Shown here in pieces: positions 51,212 to 61,029 of a stretch of 64,000 nt of DNA; position 1 is the first letter of the stretch, and each line of letters begins with the position of its first letter. The notes under the pieces are model-generated. The model made no database searches. It was given only the letters and a program-made list of their open reading frames with translations, and was not told the DNA's origin. The translations under genes and the position numbers were made by a program. Source of the stretch: Betaproteobacteria bacterium (GTDB taxonomy: Bacteria; Pseudomonadota; Gammaproteobacteria; Burkholderiales; SG8-41); NCBI GenBank assembly GCA_900299145.1, contig OMIN01000149.1, positions 41,745 to 105,744 of the forward strand. The letters run 5' to 3'.

Positions 51212-52413
51212 ATGAAACAACTCAAACTTCCGGCCGTCTTCATGCGCGGCGGCACCAGCAATGCCATCGTGTTCCGCCAGCAGGATTTGCCGCGTGACCG
51301 CGCCGCGTGGGATGAAATTTTTCTCGCCGCCATCGGCAGCCCCGACCCATATGGCCGGCAACTGGACGGCATGGGCGGTGGCGTGTCGTCGGTGTCCAAG
51401 GTTTGCGTGGTGGGGCCGCCCACGCGCCCGGACGCGACATCGACTACACCTTCGCGCAGGTTCAGGTGAAAAAGGCCGAGGTGGATTACAGCGCCAACTG
51501 CGGCAATATGTCCTCCGCCATGGGGCCGTTCGCGGTGGACGAGGGCATTTTCAAGGTCGGTGCGGGTAGCAAAGAAGCCGTGGTGCGCATCCACAATACC
51601 AATACCAAAAAAATCATTCAAGCACGCTTCAACATGGACGAGGGCCTGTCCGAAGTTGATGGCGATCTGGCGATACCCGGCGTGTCGGGCACCGGCTCGC
51701 CGGTACGGCTGGAGTTTCTGCAACCCGGCGGCGCCAGCACCGGCAAGCTGCTGCCCACCGGCAATGTCAGCGACGTGCTCGATGTCCCCGGCGTCGGCAA
51801 GCTCACCGTCAGCATGGTGGATGCTGCCAACGCAACGGTGTTCGTGCGTGCGGCTGACCTGGGCCTGACCGGCATTGAAATGCCCGACGCACTGGAAGCC
51901 AACACCGCCATCATGCAAAAACTCGCCGCCATCCGCGCGCAAGCAGCAGTGGCCATGGGCATCACCAAAACGGCGGAAGAAGCGCTGAAAAAAGGCGGCA
52001 CGCCCTTCGTCGGATTTATCGCCGGCCCGCAGGATGCGGTCACGCTCACCGGCGACAAGCTGAACGAAAACGACATCGACCTCACCGCGCGCATGCTTTC
52101 CAACGGCCAGCCGCATCGCGCGCTGCCATTGACGGTGACGCTGTGCACGGCTGTTGCTGCGCGTATTGAAGGTTCGGTGGTGCATGCGGCTACGCGTGCA
52201 GTGAGTGATAAGAACGCGCCGATTCGCATCGCCATGCCGTCCGGTATTTTGACGGTAGCGGCGGACGTGAAGCTCAAGGACGGCCAATGGCACGCCGAGC
52301 AGGGCGCGTTTTACCGCACGCAGCGGCGATTGTTTGAGGGCTATGTTTATGTGCGGGCTTCGCAGGTGCCGAGGTTGGTGGCGGCTACTCGGGGGAAGTT
52401 GAAGGCGGCGTAG
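51212..52413 (+). pseudogene. prpF: PrpF/AcnD-accessory family isomerase with a 1-bp frameshift near 51436
   Basis: FMRGGTS and QLDGMGGG..S.SK in one frame; DIDYTFAQV and NCGNM in the next. Confidence 0.8.
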
Positions 52414-52503
52414 TGCGAGCCGAATGCAAGATGGGTGTGAAATTGTGGGGTGGGCACGCCACGCTTTGCCCCGCCCAGCACTTGCCATTCTGAAATAGCC
52501 GAG

Positions 52504-52968
52504 ATGCCTACCCTGAGTGGACCTGACGGTTGGCTCGAACTCGATGTCGTCGGGTATCAGTTTGCGTCTGTAGCCAACGATGGGTGGGATTCCGAGTGGC
52601 TTCAAGTTTCGGGTCGTGCGCAATGTTCGCGTGGGCAGTGGAAGTTTTATGATCCTTGCCTTACCACGTTCGAGCTGGAGCGCCTCGCGTCGTGGCTCCG
52701 TAATTTGCCTGCTGGCGGTCCAGATCGAGAGATCGGATTCACTGAGCCAAATTTGCGTTTTGAGCATGTCGAGGAGGTAGCGGGGGACGTGCTATACATA
52801 TATTTGTCGCAGGAAGCCTCCCCGCCATGGGCAACCGATGACGAACGATTTGGAGATGGGTATGCGTTGCACATACCATTTTTTTCAATCAATTTCTCAG
52901 ATGTCGCAGATGCTGTAACGAGTCTATGCAAGAAATACCCAATGAGAGCTAACCGAGATGGCTGCTAA
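52504..52968 (+). CDS. Hypothetical protein resembling WapI-type immunity proteins (low GC)
   Basis: LEL.VVGYQF, D.EWL, DPCL...EL..LA.WL, FTEPNL.F pattern; recognised from memory only. Confidence 0.55.
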   Translation: MPTLSGPDGWLELDVVGYQFASVANDGWDSEWLQVSGRAQCSRGQWKFYDPCLTTFELERLASWLRNLPAGGPDREIGFTEPNLRFEHVEEVAGDVLYIYLSQEASPPWATDDERFGDGYALHIPFFSINFSDVADAVTSLCKKYPMRANRDGC

Positions 52969-52983
52969 ATCACAATAGAATCC

Positions 52984-53073
52984 GTAGGGCGCATTAACCG
53001 AAGGGCAATGCGCCGTATGTGGTGCGTCGTGCAAGGCATGCGGCGCAATGCGCTTCGCTTATTGACGCCCTAC
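52984..53073. repeat. GTAG-family REP doublet (REPIN)
   Basis: GTAGGGCGCATTA...AATGCGCCG, spacer, CGGCGCAAT...TATTGACGCCCTAC. Confidence 0.8.
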
Positions 53074-53126
53074 AAATTGCGTTGTGATGGTTGCGAAGTT
53101 TGGGTTGTCACGAACGAGCCACGCCC

Positions 53127-55433
53127 ATGAACACCCCCCAATTTGAAATCAACGGCGCGAACGTAACGCGACTGGAAGATCATCGCCTGCTGACCGGCCA
53201 GGGGCAATTCGCGGCGGATTGGCGCTTGCCGGGGCAACTGTATGGCCATTTCCTGCGGGCGGACCGGGCGCACGCACGCATCGTTAAGCTGAATGTGGCG
53301 AAGGCGCGGGCGTATCCCGGCGTGCATGCGGTGTTGACCGGCGAGGACGCCGTGCGCGCGGGCTGTGTGCAGCCGGTAAGTTTTTTCAATTTTCCCGGCA
53401 AGCATGGCGCAAAACCCTTGGTGCCGCAGTGGCCGGTGCTGGCGCACTGCAAGGTGCGCTTTGCGGGTGAACCCGTGGCCTTTGTGGTGGCGGAAACTGA
53501 ACACGCCGCGCAAGATGCCTGTGCGCGGATTGAAGTCGCATACGCGGATCTGCCGTGCGCCGTGACGGCTGAAGCCGCGCTTGCGCCATCGGCCGCGACG
53601 CTGCACGACGGCATTGCGGGGAATCTGGCGTTCGAGTGCGAAGCAGGCGATGCCGCCGCCACTGAGGCGGCGTTCGCGCGGGCGGCGCATGTGTCGCGGC
53701 TTTATCTCACCAGCACGCGGGTGGTGCCCAGCCCGATGGAGCCCCGCGCCTGTCTCGCCGCTTTTGATGCCGCGACGGACACTTACACGGTGCACGCCTG
53801 CATTCAGGGCGCCAACATGCTGCGCATGCAGCTGGCGGGCTACATGCGGGTGCCGGAATCGAAGATCAGGGTTGTCGCGCGGGACGTAGGCGGCGGCTTT
53901 GGCTGCCGCAGCATGGGCTATCCGGAATATTGCGCGGCGATGCTGGCGGCGCGCGCCACGGGGCGGCCGGTGAAGTGGATTTCCACGCGCACGGAAGCCT
54001 TTCTCGCCGACAACCACGGGCGCGGCAGCGTGGTGCAGGGTGAACTCGCGCTGGATGCGCAGGGCAAATTTCTCGCGATGCGGCTGGACTGGATTGCCGA
54101 GGTTGGCGCGTATATGACACCACCGGCGGCGGTGGCGACGATACGCAATCCGATGGTGAGCTTTACCGGCGCGTATCGCATCCCGGCGCTGCATGGCCGT
54201 TGGCGCGTGGCGATGACCAATGCCGCGCCGATCGGCAATTATCGCGGTGCGGGGCGGCCCGACATTGCTTATGTGGTCGAGCGGCTGATGCAGCAGGCGG
54301 CAGTGGAAACGGGCGTTGATCCGGTGGCGTTGCGGCGCAGGAACTACATTCCCGCCGAGGCGTTCCCATACAAAACGCCCACCGGGTCGGTGTACGAAAA
54401 CGCCGACTTTGCAGGCTTGATGGACAAGGCGCTGGCGGCGGCGGATTGGGATGGTTTTCCCGCGCGGCAGGCCGAATCTTCCAAAGCCGGCAAGCTGCGC
54501 GGGCGCGGCATGGCGACTGTGATCGAGACCACCAACGCCGGCGCGCAGCCGAAAGATCAGGTCGCGTTGCAGGTGCAGGGCGACGGGCGCGTCATTGTGC
54601 ACACCGTGTCGCACGCGCAGGGGCAGGGGCACGAAACCACGCTCGCCATGCTGGTGGCGCGCGCGCTGCAAATTCCCACCGAGCGTGTCGTTGTGCGTCA
54701 GGGGCTGAATGAGCCGGCGCTGCTCGGCAACCACACTGGCGGTTCGCGCAACACCGTGGGCGTGGGCACGGTGTGCCATCTCACGGCGTTAAAGCTGATT
54801 GACCAGGGCAAGGCGCGCGTGGCCGAAGCGTGGGGCGTGGAGCCGTCGCAGGTAGCTTATGCCCGCGGCGCGTTCACCTGCAAAGAACCCAATAAAAACC
54901 GAGCCTTACAGGAACTGGCCGGTAACGGCATGTTCGAGACCATCGGCGAGGGTGCATTCGGCGCGACGTTTCCCAACGATTGCCATGTGGCCGAGGTTGA
55001 AGTCGATCCCGAGACCGGGCAGGTGACAGTGATGTCGTACGTCACCGCTGATGACTTTGGCGTGATTGTCAACGACACGATAGTCGAAGGCCAGTTGCAC
55101 GGCGCGGTGTTGCAAGGCGCCGGGCAGGTGTTCGGTGAAGTCGCGCATTATGATTCCGCCAGCGGGCAAATGCTGACCGCCAGTTTCATGGATTACTACC
55201 TGCCGCGCGCCGGGCTGATTCGCGACATCAACATGAATCACCATGCCACGCCGTCGCGCGTGAGCCCGCTTGGCGTCAAAGGCATGGGCGAGGCGGGGCT
55301 CACCGGCGCGTTGCCCGCGCTGACCAACGCCGTGCTGGATGCGTTGCGTGGCGTTGGCATCACGCATCTGAACATGCCGCTCACGCCCGCGAAAATCTGG
55401 AGTGCGATTCAGGCGGCGCGGTTGCGCGGGTGA
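53127..55433 (+). CDS. Xanthine dehydrogenase family Mo-binding subunit (CoxL form II-like)
   Basis: RLEDHRLLTG, DVGGGFG, NYRGAGRP, GQGHET, GVKGMGE. Confidence 0.9.
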   Translation: MNTPQFEINGANVTRLEDHRLLTGQGQFAADWRLPGQLYGHFLRADRAHARIVKLNVAKARAYPGVHAVLTGEDAVRAGCVQPVSFFNFPGKHGAKPLVPQWPVLAHCKVRFAGEPVAFVVAETEHAAQDACARIEVAYADLPCAVTAEAALAPSAATLHDGIAGNLAFECEAGDAAATEAAFARAAHVSRLYLTSTRVVPSPMEPRACLAAFDAATDTYTVHACIQGANMLRMQLAGYMRVPESKIRVVARDVGGGFGCRSMGYPEYCAAMLAARATGRPVKWISTRTEAFLADNHGRGSVVQGELALDAQGKFLAMRLDWIAEVGAYMTPPAAVATIRNPMVSFTGAYRIPALHGRWRVAMTNAAPIGNYRGAGRPDIAYVVERLMQQAAVETGVDPVALRRRNYIPAEAFPYKTPTGSVYENADFAGLMDKALAAADWDGFPARQAESSKAGKLRGRGMATVIETTNAGAQPKDQVALQVQGDGRVIVHTVSHAQGQGHETTLAMLVARALQIPTERVVVRQGLNEPALLGNHTGGSRNTVGVGTVCHLTALKLIDQGKARVAEAWGVEPSQVAYARGAFTCKEPNKNRALQELAGNGMFETIGEGAFGATFPNDCHVAEVEVDPETGQVTVMSYVTADDFGVIVNDTIVEGQLHGAVLQGAGQVFGEVAHYDSASGQMLTASFMDYYLPRAGLIRDINMNHHATPSRVSPLGVKGMGEAGLTGALPALTNAVLDALRGVGITHLNMPLTPAKIWSAIQAARLRG

Positions 55434-55491
55434 ATGCGGGTAGCTGCGAAGTTAAGGTGGGGAAAGTAAAAAAATGAATAAAAACAAATAC

Positions 55492-56487
55492 TTATAAGGT
55501 ATTGGCGCAATCGACTACTACCGTCCCATTCTTGGGGCGATATTCAACGGCCTCGTGCGCGCCTGCCGTGTTGGCTAGCGGAAAAACCGACGACACGCTG
55601 TGCACCATGCCACCTTCGTGCAGCCACGCGACGATGTCGTTTTGCGCCCGTTTGCGCGCTGCGTGTGGTGCGTTGTTTAGCAGCACGGCGTGGATCGACA
55701 GATTTTTGCGCATGAGTTCCGGCGCGGTGATCGTGGGCGTGGGGTTGCCCTTGGTGACGTAGTAGGCGATGGAGCCGTTCACCGCCAGCAGTGGCAGAGT
55801 GGTGGCGAGATTGCCGCCGAAATCGACGTCGACGACGTGATGCACACCGGCGTTTCCTGTGATTGCACGTACACGCTCAATCACATTTTCAGTTTTGTAG
55901 TTGATCACATGAGCCGCGCCACCGGCTTGGGCGTGCACAGCTTTTTCATCCGAACTGACGGTGGCGATAACCCTGGCGCCAAAGCGCTTGCTCCATTGCA
56001 CGGCGTAGTGCCCCACCGCACCCGCGCCGCCGGTGACGAGCACGGTCTTGCCTTGTAAATCTCCACCGAGTGATACGCAGCGGTGTGCGGTCATGCAGGG
56101 GATGCCGAGGCAGGCGCCTTCGTTAAAGCCGGTGTTGTCCGGCAGCGCCGAAACCAGATCAACGTTGAGTGCAATGGTTTCCGCCGCTGTGCCCAGCAGG
56201 CGCCCGCCGCGCTGGCCGTTGTACAACCACACGCGTTTGTTGAGCCACGCAGGGTCTACACCCGCGCCGATTTGATCCACCACTCCCGCGCCGTCGCTGT
56301 TGGGGATGATAAGCGGGCCTTCCATGGCATACGTACGGCCGACGGTGCGGTTGGTATCGGCGGGGTTCACCGCGGATGCGTGCAGGCGCACGCGCACTTC
56401 GCCGGCGCCAGCGTGTGGCGTGGGCTGCTCGCCAAATTGCATGACATCGGCGGGCTTGCCCTGACGGGGGTACCAGGCGGCTTTCAA
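55492..56487 (-). CDS. NADPH:quinone reductase (zeta-crystallin/MDR family)
   Basis: AVNP.D, IPNSDGAG, VLVTGGAGAVG. Confidence 0.9.
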   Translation of the reverse strand: MKAAWYPRQGKPADVMQFGEQPTPHAGAGEVRVRLHASAVNPADTNRTVGRTYAMEGPLIIPNSDGAGVVDQIGAGVDPAWLNKRVWLYNGQRGGRLLGTAAETIALNVDLVSALPDNTGFNEGACLGIPCMTAHRCVSLGGDLQGKTVLVTGGAGAVGHYAVQWSKRFGARVIATVSSDEKAVHAQAGGAAHVINYKTENVIERVRAITGNAGVHHVVDVDFGGNLATTLPLLAVNGSIAYYVTKGNPTPTITAPELMRKNLSIHAVLLNNAPHAARKRAQNDIVAWLHEGGMVHSVSSVFPLANTAGAHEAVEYRPKNGTVVVDCANTL

Positions 56488-56604
56488 AGGGGGTCCTTTT
56501 CAATTTCGTGATTGCTTACGTGAGCAGTTTAGCACCGGCATTAACCCGGTTTTCGCGTGCACATGGCACAATCGCCAGCATCCACTTATTCGTGAGGCGT
56601 AGCA

Positions 56605-57882
56605 ATGGAACTCAACCGACTGTCGATAGCCGAAGTGTCCGCGCGCATGAACGCCGGTACACTTACCAGCGTGCAACTGACTGAGGCGTGTCTTGCGCGG
56701 GTCAACGCGCGCGAGCCGGAGGTGCGTGCGTGGGTGCACATTGATCCCGCCGAAGTACTGGCGCAGGCGCGAGCGTGTGACGCCACGCCCAGGTGCAGCG
56801 CGCTGCACGGCATCCCCGTGGGTATCAAGGACATTATCGACGTCGCGGGCCTGCCCGCCGAATACGGCTCGCCGATTTACGCAGGCAACCGCGCGGTGTC
56901 CGATGCGGCGTGCGTGTCGGCGTTGCGCAAGGCGGGCGCGATCATCATGGGCAAGACGGTGACCACCGAATTCGCCATGCGTCACCCGAACAAAACGCGC
57001 AACCCGCACAATCCGGCGCACACGCCGGGCGGCTCGTCGAGCGGCTCGGCGGCAGGCGTGGCCGATGGCATGATGCCGCTTGCCTTGGGCACGCAAACCG
57101 GCGGCTCGGTGCTGCGGCCCGCCTCGTATTGCGGCGTGGTGGGCTTCAAGCCGACATTTTGTGTAATCAACCGCGCGGGGGTGAAGCCGAACGGGGAATC
57201 GCTGGATACAGTGGGGCTGTTCACGCGTAGCGTGGAAGATGCGCGGCTGGCCTTCCCGGTGGTAACGGAATGCGCTGCGCCTGCGCCGATGGCGATTGCC
57301 AATCCGCGCATCGGATTTTGCCGCACGCCGCAATGGGCCGCGGCGCAGCCGGAAACCGTGGCGGCCATTGAAGCGGCTGCCGCAGCGCTCGCTCGCGCAG
57401 GGGCGCAGGTCAATGAATACGCGTTGCCCTCCGCCTTCGACGCGCTGGCCAAAGCCCATGGCGTAATCAATGACTACGAAGCCTGCCGCGCATTGAGCCA
57501 CGAAATACGCACGGCGCGCGACAGGATCAGCGCGACCGTGCAATCGCGCATCGAGAGTATGGCGGCGCACACACTGGACGATTATTTGCGTGCGCGGCGC
57601 ATCGTCACGGATTGCCAGTTGCTGTTGCGCGATGTGTTCAACCATTTCGATTCGCTGTTGGTACCCAGCGCGCCGGGTGAAGCGCCGTTGACGCTGAACA
57701 GCACCGGAGAACCCACATTCAATGCGATCTGGACGGCGCTGCATGTGCCGGCGATCACCTTGCCGGCGGGCACGGGGCCGTCAGGGTTGCCGGTGGGCGT
57801 GCAGTTGGTGGGTGCTCTGGGCGCGGACTACGCGTTGCTGGCATGCGCGGCCTGGGTGGAAAGCCGGTTGCATTACGCGTGA
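56605..57882 (+). CDS. Amidase signature family protein
   Basis: GIKDII, PGGSSSGSAA, GTQTGGS. Confidence 0.92.
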   Translation: MELNRLSIAEVSARMNAGTLTSVQLTEACLARVNAREPEVRAWVHIDPAEVLAQARACDATPRCSALHGIPVGIKDIIDVAGLPAEYGSPIYAGNRAVSDAACVSALRKAGAIIMGKTVTTEFAMRHPNKTRNPHNPAHTPGGSSSGSAAGVADGMMPLALGTQTGGSVLRPASYCGVVGFKPTFCVINRAGVKPNGESLDTVGLFTRSVEDARLAFPVVTECAAPAPMAIANPRIGFCRTPQWAAAQPETVAAIEAAAAALARAGAQVNEYALPSAFDALAKAHGVINDYEACRALSHEIRTARDRISATVQSRIESMAAHTLDDYLRARRIVTDCQLLLRDVFNHFDSLLVPSAPGEAPLTLNSTGEPTFNAIWTALHVPAITLPAGTGPSGLPVGVQLVGALGADYALLACAAWVESRLHYA

Positions 57883-57897
57883 CTGCCGCGCGGGAAG

Positions 57898-58095
57898 TCA
57901 ATTCAACGCAAGCTTCACCAGCAGTTTTAACACGGCAATCACCACGCAGCCGGCGATGAGCGCGCCGATCACCGCCTGTTTCATCGAAATTTTGACGCCG
58001 TCGCGCTCCCACGTGCCTTTCTTGCCGATCATGCACAACGCCCAGAACATCGTCGCGGCCACCTGACCGAAAGAGGCTTTTTTTTCAGCCGTCAT
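57898..58095 (-). CDS. Small membrane protein (DUF2970-like)
   Basis: ASF.QVAATMFWA..MIG...ERD plus a TM helix; ATGA overlap with the upstream gene. Confidence 0.65.
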   Translation of the reverse strand: MTAEKKASFGQVAATMFWALCMIGKKGTWERDGVKISMKQAVIGALIAGCVVIAVLKLLVKLALN

Positions 58096-60734
58096 GTCTG
58101 GCGGGCGGGCCGGCGCCGCACGGCGGCGATGATTTTGTTCAGCCTTTCGCGTGACAGTTCATCCGGCCGCGCGCTGGAGGCCGCGTCGAGCATCCAGCGC
58201 TCGATATCAGCCGGCGAGGCAGTGGTGTTCTGGCGGCCTTCCATGGCATTTTTGAGCGCGAGAATTTTCAGACGCTGGCGTGCGGCAAGAAAATTCTCCG
58301 GACTGTCGATGCTGCAGGCCACTTCAAGATTGAGCAGAACATCTTCGAGGGATTCACCCTTTTTGCCGGGTTTGCCATCGTTGCTGCCGGTAAACCGCGC
58401 GTCCATGCGCGTTTTCCACGCGGCGGGTAACTGGCTGATGGCGTTCCAGCGCTCTTCCAGCGCTGCAGTCTGCTCCGCGCCAATGCCGGAAGCCTCGCGC
58501 TCGGCGCAAATGTTAAGCGCGTCAAGCAACGCGTCGTAGCGTGCCTGTTCGGCGTGCCGCGCAAGTTCACCGACACGCCTGGATGCAGCTTCGCGAGCTG
58601 CACGATATCGGGCATCGATCTTGGCTGCCAGCGCACGCGGCGCTTCAGGTGCGGCGCGCCATTGGCTTTCGGCTTCCTGCAGACCACGCTTGATGTCCTG
58701 TGAGCTGCTGGCGGCGGCGAGCGCGCTGACGACATCGATAATCGCGTTACGTGCCTTGAGTTTTTCGTTGATCTCGGCTTCGGCGGCGGTGCGCGCGGCG
58801 TCACGTGCCGTAAAGATAGCATCGGTGGCGGTTTTGAAGGTCGTCCACAGCGCGTTTTCGTCGCGGCGCGGCAGCGGCATGGTCTTGGCGACACTTTGCC
58901 ATTGCGACTGAATTTTTTTCACCTTGTCGATGACGTCGCGCCCCTGCGCTGACGGCAACAATTCCTGCATGGTTTTTATGAGCGCATCGCGTTTGCCGCG
59001 CGCTTCATCATGCGCGGCCTTGATCGGGCCTTCCAAAGCCTGCACTGCGGCGGCGTAGCGCGTGGTGATGGCGTTGTCGCCTTTTTGCGCGCGGCGCGGC
59101 ACTGTGTGTTCCACAGGCCCGAGTTTGCGCCAGGCCATTTGCGCTTCTTCAAGGGCGTGGCCAACCGCGCGCCAGTCGGGCTTAGTGGCCGGGGCAGGGG
59201 ATGGAGTGCCTTCCGCGGCAGCGGGGAAAAACTTCGCTGCGGCCTGCGTCAGCGTTTGCACGATCTGTTCGCGTTTGGCGAGGTTTTCGCTGCGTTCGGC
59301 CTTGAGCTTTTCCAGATGCGCGCCGACGGGTGCGTACGCTTTCTTCAGCGCACCGTCAAAATTGAGCCACATCACCTGATTGGAGGCTGCGCCCAGTTTG
59401 TCGAGTTCCTTCCATCGCTCGCGCAATTTGTCGATGGCGTCCGCATGTGCCTTGACCGATACCTTGCCCGTGGCGGCTTCGGCCAGCGCCTGTGCTTCGG
59501 CCACCACCTGTTCGCGGCTTTGCCGGCCGCCCCAGCGTTGCCAATCGTGCAGCCGGCGCTGCTCGGCGCGCAGGACTTCGATGCGCTGGTGCAGTGTGGC
59601 ATTGACGGCGCCGCGTTTCAACGCGGTGTCGATCACCGCCAGCAATCGCGTTAAATCGCCGACATGACCGGCGGTGTGCGCGGCTTCTGCGGCTTCGACA
59701 TCGCGTTCGATGGCCTGCACGCGCTGTTTGTTCTGCTCGCGGCGTCGCTCGCGTTCCTCGGCGCTCAATGCCGCCTGTTCCATTTCCCTTTCTTCGGTGA
59801 CGGCATTGCGCCACTCGGCAAATCGCGCCGCTAGCGTGCTATGCCATTCGCTGCCAATGGTTTCGGCCATTTCCGGAAAGGCACGCCACTGTTCGGTCAA
59901 CTGCTTTTCCAGCGCTTCCTCGCGCCGGACTTCGCCCTCGGGCTGATTGGCAACCGGCAGGGTCAGCAAAAACGCCGCGCGCTGCGTGACGCTGGAAGCC
60001 ACCGCCAGCAACCGGTTGGCGGTATCCACGCGCGTGGCGCAGCGGGAGTCGGCGGCGTCCGGGTTGGCTTGCACGTGTTCGAGCAGTGTCAGCGCCAGCG
60101 GCTCGGCGATGGCAGGTGGCGATTCGCCCGAGGCTATGCCGGGCAACGCACCCTGCAGCCGCGCCATGGCGTCGTCGATGGCGGGTAGCCAGCGCGTGAC
60201 AGCCTGCACATGCTCGCCCCGCGCACGCACTTTGACGCCGAGCTGTTCGCTCAACGCCGCGAATTCGTTGCGCAGTGCTTCGTCAACAAGATTGGCGTCC
60301 AGCGCCGCCCACGCCCGGTCGAGGTCCACCACGCGGTTGACGGCCGCCGATTCCTGATCCAGCAGGGCGTGCGCGCTGGCAATCAGTGCTTGCGCTTCTT
60401 CAGTGGTGACGCGTTTGCCGTGGGTGTTTTCCCAGCGCGATTTCGCGGCGCGGTATAGGCGCTTATCGTGCTCGCGAAAATCATGCATGGCTTGCCTGAG
60501 CGAGGCTTCCTGCGCAAGTGCTTCGATGGCAGCAAGTTTTAACGGCACGACGGGCGCGTCATGCGCGAGTTGCAACAGCGCGACATCGTCACCCGCGCCG
60601 GCGGCCACGGCAATGCGGTCATGCCAGGCCTGCTGGTCTTCGGGCGACAGCGCGGGGGCGGCTGGAACGGGCTGTGGCGCAGCTGTTGCTGCGGTTTCGC
60701 CACTGCCCTCTTTTCTGAAAATATTTTCGAACAC
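58092..60734 (-). CDS. DUF349-like helical repeat protein
   Basis: Repeats such as LRERWKELD, WRKLGPV, IQSQWQ...PR..E..LW..F. Confidence 0.8.
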   Translation of the reverse strand: MFENIFRKEGSGETAATAAPQPVPAAPALSPEDQQAWHDRIAVAAGAGDDVALLQLAHDAPVVPLKLAAIEALAQEASLRQAMHDFREHDKRLYRAAKSRWENTHGKRVTTEEAQALIASAHALLDQESAAVNRVVDLDRAWAALDANLVDEALRNEFAALSEQLGVKVRARGEHVQAVTRWLPAIDDAMARLQGALPGIASGESPPAIAEPLALTLLEHVQANPDAADSRCATRVDTANRLLAVASSVTQRAAFLLTLPVANQPEGEVRREEALEKQLTEQWRAFPEMAETIGSEWHSTLAARFAEWRNAVTEEREMEQAALSAEERERRREQNKQRVQAIERDVEAAEAAHTAGHVGDLTRLLAVIDTALKRGAVNATLHQRIEVLRAEQRRLHDWQRWGGRQSREQVVAEAQALAEAATGKVSVKAHADAIDKLRERWKELDKLGAASNQVMWLNFDGALKKAYAPVGAHLEKLKAERSENLAKREQIVQTLTQAAAKFFPAAAEGTPSPAPATKPDWRAVGHALEEAQMAWRKLGPVEHTVPRRAQKGDNAITTRYAAAVQALEGPIKAAHDEARGKRDALIKTMQELLPSAQGRDVIDKVKKIQSQWQSVAKTMPLPRRDENALWTTFKTATDAIFTARDAARTAAEAEINEKLKARNAIIDVVSALAAASSSQDIKRGLQEAESQWRAAPEAPRALAAKIDARYRAAREAASRRVGELARHAEQARYDALLDALNICAEREASGIGAEQTAALEERWNAISQLPAAWKTRMDARFTGSNDGKPGKKGESLEDVLLNLEVACSIDSPENFLAARQRLKILALKNAMEGRQNTTASPADIERWMLDAASSARPDELSRERLNKIIAAVRRRPARQT

Positions 60735-60807
60735 GGTACGAGCATCCAGAAGAAATTCAGGCTACATTGTGACACTGAAAGAACAGCCTGACCTGCGAGA
60801 ATTGAAT

Positions 60808-61029
60808 GTGAACGCGATTGTAATTGAGCCGGGCTGCTACCGGCACTACAAAGGCAACGATTACGAAGTCATCGGCATGGCGCGGCATTCGGAGACGCTG
60901 GAGCCGATGGTGGTCTATCGCGCGCTGTACGGCGAGGGCGGGCTGTGGGTGCGGCCTGCTGGCATGTTCGCGGAATCAGTGACGGTTGACGGACGCACCG
61001 TATCCCGATTCGCACGGGTGCCGCCATGA
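60808..61029 (+). CDS. DUF1653 domain protein
   Basis: PG.YRHYKG..YEV...ARHSET.E.MVVYRALYG..GLWVRP..MF. Confidence 0.88.
   Translation: MNAIVIEPGCYRHYKGNDYEVIGMARHSETLEPMVVYRALYGEGGLWVRPAGMFAESVTVDGRTVSRFARVPP

Noticed and set aside
52450-53073. Integron gene cassette
   Set aside because: The downstream palindrome has GTAG/CTAC REP ends, not RYYYAAC...GTTRRRY attC ends; no intI
56563-56578. Possible sigma54 promoter TGGCACAATCGCCAGC before the amidase
   Set aside because: GG-to-GC spacing is off by one and the TTGC element is missing
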